Positions 54,894-64,000 of a DNA stretch of 64,000 bases are shown here, one piece after another. The DNA comes from Tubiluchus corallicola. Its lineage: Eukaryota > Animalia > Priapulida. The notes below the pieces were generated by a model that was not told where the DNA came from, searched no databases, and was given only the letters and a program-made list of their open reading frames with translations. How positions within the stretch are numbered: position 1 is the stretch's first letter; every line of letters starts with the position of its first letter. The stretch covers positions 1-64,000 of the forward strand of contig JAQGDQ010000709.1 of the NCBI GenBank assembly GCA_030141605.1. The letters are read 5' to 3'. The position numbers were made by a program, and so were the translations under genes.

Positions 54894-55399
54894 GTAAAAT
54901 TTAACTTGATTTTTATTTACAAACTTTAATTGTAGGTGAAAACTTAGCAGCGTGCATTAATAACTGGTTACTCAGAGATTCTTTGCTTATAAACGTGTTA
55001 GTCAGACCGGGGGATGGATGCACGAGTGTAGAGAAAACTATTAATATTAAACCTATAATTTTTTTATCTGAGTTACACAGTTCGTAATTCACATTAAATA
55101 CAATTATTGTTCCTTAATTACTGTAAATAAGTAGTCAATTCCTATTTAAATGGCGTACCATTACCAGTGGTGTAGCATGGGTTTTTTCAGCCATGTGTGG
55201 TAGCCAAATTGGTGTATTTGATATTGTCGACTCACGGTGTTTGAGACGTCAACTCTGCTTGTCTGTTTTTCCTGGCTCTCCTCTCTTATTCTCCTCATCC
55301 CGATTATTGATGAGCGGCCTTCTTTAGTGTAAAAACGTGCAGTGTCGAATTTTTTTCGTGCATAATGTTCGACCCTTTAAGAAATACGAGTGCTCATTT

Positions 55400-55680
55400 C
55401 TAGCATTTGCGATGTAGTGTACTCAAGTTCGAGCATTCATGCTATAGCACTGCGTTGAACACGAAATTTGAATTTTAAGCCTAAAAATTTGTATTTGTGC
55501 TGTTGAAAATTGTGTTCATTTGTGATGTCTTCACTAGATGAGGTCGCCCACCATTAATTAAGTTTTTAACCTATTATTTAATTATCGCTATTGTGGTAGT
55601 ATTATACGTGTTCAAATGTATAATTTTTACTGTACTTCAAAATACGGTAGGATGTAAAAAATCATCTTGTTTTCCCTTCT
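55400..55680 (-). mobile_element. Partial Kolobok-like element copy
   Basis: GTGCTGTTGAAAATT...TGTGATGTC.TCACTAG...TTAATTAAGTTTTTAACCTATTATTTAATT...AAAAATCATCTTGTTTTCC matches the 29.2-29.37 kb segment. Confidence 0.7.
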
Positions 55681-55839
55681 CTGCAAACTTTTGTAAGCTC
55701 TTTGAAATTTGATATAATAGAGCACATACCCCATAGGTGCACATGCATTAGGGACCCAGACGAACCTCTTTAATCTACCTTTTTTGTAATGTAACGTAGG
55801 CGTTGGTATATAAAAACACATTTGTGTTATTTTTTCAGA

Positions 55840-56063
55840 ATGACCAGTAGGGGGCAGTATCCTCCACCTCCTCTACCACCCAAAGGTGTTTTTCACCAGT
55901 CTGGGTCATCACAACAGAGTGAAGAGAAAAACATAGCCGGGGTGCCTTCACTTTTAGATGACTTCTATAAACTGGCTCACGACCAGACCACAGCGGATAT
56001 GGTTTTTCTCGTGGGCCCAAACGAAGAAAAGTTTTTCTGCCACAAATTAATCATCTATGCTAG
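55840..56063 (+). CDS. First coding exon of a BTB/POZ-domain protein (possibly BTB-BACK type); remainder not found in the window
   Basis: Acceptor TTTTTTCAG|A ATG. The peptide ...GVPSLLDDFYKLAHDQTTADMVFLVGPNEEKFFCHKLIIYAR matches the BTB N-terminal D(V)xFxVG....F.aHk.iL.aR motif. Strong donor AG|GTAAGT. Confidence 0.85.
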
Positions 56064-58723
56064 GTAAGTCATTAGTTTGTGGCTGGTGTTTCGCTTTTAT
56101 ATGAAAGAGGCAATTTTTGTTAAGAAAGAGGAAGTTTTATTTTTCATTGTCGTATTTCAAATTCAGTTATTTTTTTCCAAAAAAACTTCTAAAGCCTCAG
56201 GAATGTTTAAAACTGAATCGTGAAATATTTAAGTTCAGTTCACATCAAAGTTTATTTCAAACTGGTTTTCAATGCACATTTGTTTTTTAAGTTTTTGTTT
56301 CGCATTACTAAATTATCGTATAATTATTTATTATCGGACAGTCTCTTTTTTGTGTGGCATGAGTGTATGTTCTGATAACTATGGTATAAGCAGCAATCAT
56401 TATACTTGTACATGATACTCAGTTGTTAATATGCTGATTTGATGGAAAATACGATACTTTTTAACCTCCAATACGATAATCAGCAGTTTACAAAATGGCA
56501 ACCCCAGCCTTACACAAAGACATGGCTACATTCTTGCTAAGACAACAATGTTATAATGACTGTTGCGTTTTACATTTTAACTTAAAATATATATAATACG
56601 TAAAAGACATAATATCACTGTGCCAGGTAATATGAACGCCAAAAAAATTATAAAATTCTCGGCATTGCGTGCAATAAAAAATTACCTGGGCGATTAAATG
56701 GAAACAAGTATTTTTATTGTCGGTCCAGGAAAAAGCTGCAATTTGTTACAGATGTTGTATCTGTTTCATTTTTATCCTCTGCATAAATTTATCCCACACT
56801 TTCTATGTGAGAGTTGCCAATGGGAATAGTCATTTTTAAATTGAATCTCACTGGTCATCAGAGAATGCTATCATCTTTTTATCCCCTTAACTAGGTGCTG
56901 ACAACCCCTTAATTAGGCATTGTTTTGGGTCATATTTGTGTTTGTTGTGGTAAAACAGATTCCTAATATTTGTCGCCTCACTCAGCTGTATCTTGAAGAG
57001 ATTTTTTTGAATTTGAAAGTGGAAATGGCACTTTGATGAATAATATTAACATTTTGGGCGTACGCCTCAAAAGAATATTGGAAATCAATGATTGAATATC
57101 GTTGCAGGTACAAATGTTTTCATTACCGCTTCTCAAGGTAATATATGCATTAGAAGCCACAATATATTAGACTGTAGTTCAACAAGCTAGACTACTTTTT
57201 CTACTCTGACATTGTATAGGTGGAACTTGTTATGTACACACGTCTCTGTTACCTTTAAAATTTGACTTATAATTATACTGCTACCTTTTACTGACATTCT
57301 GGCTTTTTCTCGACTCAATATTGGATCAACAATGTATGTATGCATTTTAGCTTTTTAGTGTAACATAGTAATCTGTAGCACTTATTTTCTAGCACTTATT
57401 TCAGTAGTTTTGTAGAGGTAGTAATTGTAGACTACAGAAAATTTGTATTTTTGCAGAATAAACTAACATAGATATGGGAACGCAACTTTGGTTTGAGCGT
57501 ATATATTACAAATATCGTCATTAGTTGGGGTACAAACCATTTTTATTAACAAAATGCAGTGGGGCGTAAACAATAGAGCTAACATGGCTACACTTCAAAA
57601 TCTGAAGGGTCGTGTTTGTCCTAAATTTCTTCAAATTAAATGCAAGAAGAAATCTTGTTAAAACAACTTTTTGCCTGATCCTTAAAAGCAGAACTTGTAC
57701 GAGGATATGACACCTGCTTTGAAAATCTTGGCAGGCTTAATAGTAACCAAACCAAAACTCAGCAGTGTATGTCTGACTCAAAATTTCCAATTCAAAATCT
57801 GCGCTCTGCTGCCACATTTGAGAAAGTCTTGGCTTTGCTTGGCCAACATCAAAATCAGCACAAACATGCATTCATCAGGGTCATTTTTTTATTTATTATT
57901 ATTATCACCATTCAGTACAATATAATGACATTAAGCACACAGTGACATCAAAATTATTACATCATACTGTATTAAATTGTTGTTTCATACACTATTGTTA
58001 TCATAAAAGAATAATTGTACTGCAGTGGGCTAGAGAAGCAAAGGCTTGTATAAGCCCACTGTCATGTGAACTTGATAATGGATAGTGAACAAAAAAAGAA
58101 CTGGGAGAAAGGTTAGATCACACAGGAAGGGTAGAAGGATGTGTTAGTGGAAATGGTAGGAAGAAAATGGCCTGTTGGAAACTGGTACAGAGTTTGTAGG
58201 ATCTGTGATGTGCTCTGTGATTTAGTGGGCTGGCACTTTTGATTTGCCAAATACTTCAGTTGTATCCTTGCAAAAGAATTCCCCACCTATTACTGTATGG
58301 GCTCAATTGACGTTTTGTTAATCCCTTCTTTGTCGTGCATTTCATTTAGTTGTTCACGACTACAGCTAGATTTGTTTCCACTTTACCTCGGTTTGTTTCA
58401 TTCTTTTCATATGTGCCATGAGCTACTTAAGAGCAAGGAAGCTGAGTATTGAAGTTTGTTTCTTCATTTTGTGCTCTGTCGATTATCATCCACATTTGAA
58501 GATGTCAACCTTGATGCTTCTACTACAAGTTTTTTAATTTCATGCAGTGAAGTTTCAAACTTTGAACTTTTTTCTGCAAGTTACTCTTCTACTCTTGTAT
58601 AGATATATCTTTTCTGCTGACCTTCTCATTTTCACGCCTCTCCTGACACTGTAAGGTTGTGAAGATTGCAACTAAATAGAGACCTGTGCACTGATTAAGA
58701 AACAACAGTTAGAGGCCAGTCAA

Positions 58724-59009
58724 AGGCTATCTGGGACTGACTGATATTAATTGCAGTCTTGATCAGTACTATTATCCAATCTTTTTTCCTCCTGATTCCA
58801 ACAGAAATGATTAGAATTATTGTGTTCACAACCCTATTTTAATGCATGTACTTTTAACTTCATTGAAACCGGGTTACAAATGCACGGTTTCATTTTGATT
58901 ATTTTTTCCTGAAATCAGAAGGAAAAAACACTGGATATTGGTACTGATCAATCAAATGTTCTGATCTGATCTCAGACCTTTTCCCAATGGCAGTCAGTTT
59001 CAGATGCCT
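58724..59009. mobile_element. Foldback/palindromic MITE in BTB gene intron
   Basis: TTGATCAGTACTATTATCCAATCTTTTTTCCTCCTGATT pairs with AATCAGAAGGAAAAAACACTGGATATTGGTACTGATCAA. Outer arms are ATCTGGGACTGACTG / CAGTCAGTTTCAGAT. Confidence 0.7.
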
Positions 59010-59621
59010 CCTGGATAAAAATTGACAGATTGATTAAAAAATTTTCCTGTTTTTGTACATCCAAGAACGTCCCAAGTAATTACCCTACAACATTCACCCG
59101 TATTTGGACAAACATACTTTTGGAGTTGAAAAAGAGTGTGACAGACAGACTGATTGATTGAAATGTCCCAAAATAATACAAAGTTTTATATATGTATAAA
59201 TTTATAATAAAGCCTTTGTATAAGATTTGTGTAAAATTTGTTATTTCTACAACTATAGACACATCTCCAGAAAAACAAGTGAATTATAAGAGATTTAAAA
59301 TGCAGTAGAAAAAGTTAATGGTTCTTAGGTCTTATAAACTTGGAGCAGTACAAATAAAATACTGAGATGATTAAACAGTATCCAAATTAGGAAGAGAAAT
59401 ATATAGTATAGTTGGTAAGTTTCTAAAATCGCAATTTCAATTGTCAAAGTTGCATGGGGGCAATTGACAATGCTTGACGATTTGGCAAACTCGAAATGGT
59501 CTACTGTATATCTTAAATGCCAGGCATAGGCAAAGAGAGATTGCTAGCTTTGTAATATAGAACTGTAGTTTAAAAGTGTGTCGCTCAAGGGCTGTATCTG
59601 TCAGACAGTCAAATGGAATTT

Positions 59622-60955
59622 TGTACTAGAACATAGCACCCATTGTTTGCTATACAACAGGCTATAAAACTTGTATTAGAACATAGTGCCCATTCCTTGC
59701 CATATAACAGACCGTAGAACTTGTTACTAGAACATAGTATCCATTGTTTGCCATACAACAGACCATGGAACTTGTACTAGAACATAGCGTCCATTTTTTG
59801 CCATACAACAGACTGTAGAACTTGTTGCTAGAACATAACGGCCATTTTTTTCCTTACAACAGACCATAGAACTTGTTACTAGAACATAGCGTCCATTGTT
59901 TGCCATACAACAGACCATAGAACTTGTATTAGAACATAGCGCCCATTCTTTGCCATATAACAGATCATAGAACTTGTATTAGAACATAGCACTCATTGTT
60001 TCCCATAAAACAGACCATAGAACTTGTATTACAACATGGCACCCATTGTTTGCCATCAAACAGACCATAGAACTTGTTACTAGAACATAGCATTCATTGT
60101 TTGCCATACAACAGACCATGGAACTTGTACTAGAACATAGCGTCCATTTTTGCCATACAACAGGCTATAAAACTTGTGTTAGAACATAGTGCCCATTCCT
60201 TGCCATATAACAGACCGTGGAACCTGTTACTAGAACATAGTATCAATTGTTTGCCATACAACAGACCATGGAACTTGTACTAGAACATAGCGTTCATTTT
60301 TGCCATACAACAGACTGTAGAACTTGTTGCTAGAACATAACGGCCATTGTTTGCCATACAACAGACTGTAGAACTTGTTGCTAGAACATAGCGTCCATTG
60401 TTTGCCATACAACAGACCATAGAACTTGTATTAGAACATAGCGCCCATTCTTTGCCATATAACACATCATAGAACTTGTATTAGAACATAGCACTCATTG
60501 TTTCCCATACAACAGACCATAGAACTTGTATTACAACATGGCACCCATTGTTTGCCATACAACAGACCATAGAACTTGTTACTAGAACATAGCGTCCTTT
60601 GTTTGCCATATAACAGACCATAGAACTTGTATTAGAACATAGCACTCATTGTCTCCCATAAAACAGATCATAGAACGTGTTACTAGAACATAGCGCCCAT
60701 TGTTTGCCATACAACAGACAATAGAACTTGTTACTAGAACATAGCGCTCATTGTTTCCCATACAATAGGCCATACAACTTGTATTAGAACATAGCGCCCA
60801 TTGTTTGCCATACAACAGACAATAGAACTTGTACTAGAACGTAGCGGCCATTGTTTGCCATACAGCAGACCACAGAACTTCTATTACAACATGGCATCCA
60901 TTGTTTGCCATACAACAGACCATAAAAGTTGTATTAGAACATGGCTGCCCATTGT
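59622..60955. repeat. ~50-bp minisatellite, ~26 copies, with ~500-bp higher-order duplication
   Basis: Unit TAGAACATAGCGTCCATTGTTTGCCATACAACAGACCATAGAACTTGTAT. Variant monomers recur about 502 bp apart. Confidence 0.95.
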
Positions 60956-62019
60956 TACTGCGCTTTTTGCGTGAGGCTAGTGATCTTTATCTCTGCAGGT
61001 GAATGGTTTTTAACTCTATGATTGTACCTGTTACTCTGCATTTGGTCATTTAATGAGCCTCACGTGGTGTATTCCATGCAATGATTGGTTCATAAAACAT
61101 AAATTATTTGCTATAACATTCCCGCAAAGCTGCCATTATGCCAAGTTGCTTTTCATTTGAAGATTCCATTCCATTATAATCTTGAGTAAACTACGCCAAA
61201 ATGTGCTCAGTGATACTTGGTATGTTGCAAGCAGGTATCTGACACTATCTAGGTCTAGTCATTGTATTAATTACGATCATGGCTAGACTGGCATCTGTCG
61301 CATTTTGACACAGTAGAAACCGGAAGCCACCATTGAGTTGCAGTGCCTATCTAATTCCAACGTTTGTGGCAACACCAGTGTCATGCTCGTTATCAAGACA
61401 TTGCCCTAAAAACATATCTCGAACCACCAATGGAATACAGAGCGAGTAGGTCTATTGAATCCTGACAGTTACAAGCTATTCACTTACTAATGTGGCTTCA
61501 TGTGGCTCAACTTTAGACATAAAACTGACTATTAAACTATTCGACCTACTTCATAAGGATAATCTTCAAGGATAAGATATTGAACTGGTAGACATGCCTT
61601 AGTCATGTTGGGCCATCCATGCAGCCTCTCGAGAATGGATAAATAATCAGAAACAGTGTCGCTCAGTAGCGATTTTCGCGGTGGCCACCTATCCAGTTAC
61701 TTGCAGGTCCACTATAGCTAAACTTCTGTCTAATTTTTTTGGCTGTCACCCATCTATAGCTACCATCATGACTCACTGTTGCTTAACTTCCCTTACTAAG
61801 CACTCGCTGTGACATCTGAGTTATTCTTCAGCCGAAGCTAAACTATTAGCGTGACAAGTATTGGCCACCTGCAATGAAATTTACATTCAAAATTGCACAA
61901 AGTTGGTAATGACTTCTAATAGGTGCATTCTTTCAGAGCTGTCCGCTTTTACATGAGTTGAATGATTGCCCGAGTGTCACCTAACCCACGAGACAACCTG
62001 CACTATAGGGGATTATCGT

Positions 62020-63054
62020 ATTTTTGAGAAGGATTTTAGTGAGCGAATTATTACCACAGAAAAGTTATTTCGTGTTCGAGTGGCTAGTTCTTCGTTGTCA
62101 CGTGCCATTTGGCCATTCGCTAGTTAGATGGGCACTAGCACTTGCGTCTTGGAAATGCGTTGCACAAAAACAGGTGCTGTGCCTCTCAGTAATTTTTATA
62201 ACTACAGTCTCAGCAAACTTAAAGTAGCTCACAATATTTCAAAACGCAAACTTTTCAACTACCCATATGATTATAGTTCCAGGACCATTTCAGTAGACCA
62301 CGACATTTTATACTTTGATGTAATACATAGGAAAACTGCATACAGTCTATACAGTAGAGTAAAGCAAAGCTCAAATGTTCTTATAAAGGCATTGTATAAC
62401 AGTGACGCATTTTACACTTCAGACATAAGAGAGGAAAGTGTTAGGTAGAAATTATGAGTGACGATTCAGGCTGGACGTATGATATTGTATATTGTATATA
62501 TATTGTACTATTGTACTATTGTATATATATATATATATTGTATAGTGTATATTGTATAATGTATATATATTGTACTATTGTATATATATTGTACTATTAT
62601 TTTATTTATTTAGGTATTAATTTGCATGTGTTGAGAGGAGGGGTTATAATTATTGTATGTCTTGTAAGTATTGTATGTTATGTATTCTATGAACCTAGTT
62701 CGAAATAAAGAGTTAAATCAAATCAGTTTAGATGTGTTCTGTTGTGACGTAGTGTGCGAGTTCGAGAGGTTATGCGTGAGCACAGCAGTAAACTTGAATT
62801 TTATACTTCAAATTTGCCGAGTTTTTGCGTATAACACCGAATGTTGTAGAGTACGGCCGTACCACCATTTTTACTTTCTGAAACACGTGCAACACCCACA
62901 TGGAAAGTGTGTGATGTCGGAGATGCTGTTCATCTGTAATGTCACCATTAATTGAGTTTCTAATCTGTTATTGAATTAACAGAAATACTGTAGCTTTAAT
63001 ATTATAGGTGTTAAAATGGTGTAGGATATGAAAAATCACCCTGTTTTCCTTTAA
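62020..63054 (-). mobile_element. Kolobok-like element copy interrupted by a LINE fragment
   Basis: Homology to other copies at 62020-62190 and 62723-63054. Ends CTGTTTTCCT|TTAA. Confidence 0.75.
62191..62722 (+). mobile_element. 5'-truncated non-LTR retrotransposon (RTE-X-like ORF2 C-terminus and 3' UTR)
   Basis: Encodes LSKLKVAHNISKRKLFNYP...RKTAYSLYSRVKQSSNVLIKAL, resembling the recalled KL.VAYN...R.L...P...RK..YS...R...S.N.II.AL motif. Ends with AATAAA and an (AAATC)2 tail, flanked by the TCAGT direct repeat (62186-62190, 62723-62727). Confidence 0.7.
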
Positions 63055-64000
63055 ACGTTGCTCGCATACATCATGTGCTTGGTAGTTGCAAGCTATTCCT
63101 ATTTGAGTATTCCTATTTGAATTGATGTTTTAAACGTTTTGACTAGGACATTTTTTTGCAAACTGAAACTTCAGGAGGTTGCTCCCAAATTCTGACATCC
63201 CTTTCGATTCTCATGAGCCTGGAAAATTTGTTTAGGATCGTTTGATCAGTTCTTAGTGACCGAAACTGCGGTCAAGTTGTGAGAGTGATGGCGTTTGACA
63301 ACAATGCACAGTGGTGGGTGACCAAGGAGACGTCCATGCGCCATGCAGTTCCGCCCCCTTGCGGTGGCATCTTGAACTGGTTGTAAGTGACAGGCGCAGC
63401 AGGCAATAACTGACAGGTTATTTGTGCAGTAGTGGCATGATATGTCAGCTAGTTGTCATGCAGCAATTTGCCTCCTAGTCAGCGGTTGTCAGGAGAGATT
63501 TAAGTGCGCTGAAAGGTGCTCACACTGTGCGTCTGTCAAACGGAATCTCGCGAATTCACGCGAGAAATGCCGCAGATTCTCGAGAGCTTAGGTGGAACTT
63601 CATCTGGACAGCCTGCAACTTGAGTTAGTTTTGAAAACGAGGTCGTTGATTTGTGGAATAGTAAATAAACCTAGTTTAAGTTAACATGTGTTTTATCCCC
63701 AACTTAAGCATTTCTTTTTTCATACAAACCTCTTCAAACGCGACCAATGACCACTCAGGACAGGGGTCTATAATGTCACATAAATGCACGAAAGCAATAC
63801 TGAATTAAAAATTCTGAAAAAGTTTTGCACCTCCCCTGGCCTCGAACTGCAGGCCTTCTGTAGAAAAACGAAGTAGTAAACTTACAGTCCAGAACAGGAA
63901 ATTCATAAGTTTATGTACTAGTGATAGAATGTCTCTGTTGACGTTTTTTGGATGAAGTTGTAGTTATCAAAGGGCACAATTTTCTGGTAGAGAATTCCAC

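Noticed and set aside
59622-60955. Cys-rich repeat protein ORFs or a CRISPR array
   Set aside because: The 50/51-bp unit does not preserve frame, stops are frequent, and there are no unique spacers.
56741-61960. Candidate second coding exons of the BTB gene (acceptors near 56751, 60998, 61936)
   Set aside because: The phase-compatible frames reach stops quickly or lack BTB-like sequence. The next exon probably lies outside the window.

Overview
This is AT-rich, repeat-dense eukaryotic (invertebrate metazoan) genomic DNA, not a prokaryotic window. The main feature is a complete three-exon Frizzled-5/8 (Drosophila fz2-like) Wnt receptor gene on the minus strand: CDS join 45169-44978, 20858-20740, 15058-13666, about 567 aa, with a ~24 kb and a ~5.7 kb intron. 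Divergent from it is the first coding exon of a BTB/POZ-domain gene (55840-56063, +), which probably continues beyond the window. The rest is non-coding: microsatellites, minisatellites, five large GA-rich blocks all with purines on the + strand, and many short non-autonomous mobile elements. These include Kolobok-like TTAA elements, hAT, Tc1/mariner, pogo and piggyBac-like MITEs, a MITE family with telomere-like cores, MetaSINE-like and other tRNA-derived SINEs, LINE 3' fragments and a probable solo LTR. Almost all ORFs in the track outside these exons and TE remnants are repeat artefacts. I found no convincing novel multi-gene system. The best leads are the intron-rich Fz5/8 architecture, unclassified element families, and candidate regulatory motifs. 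Family assignments come from recalled motifs, not database searches.
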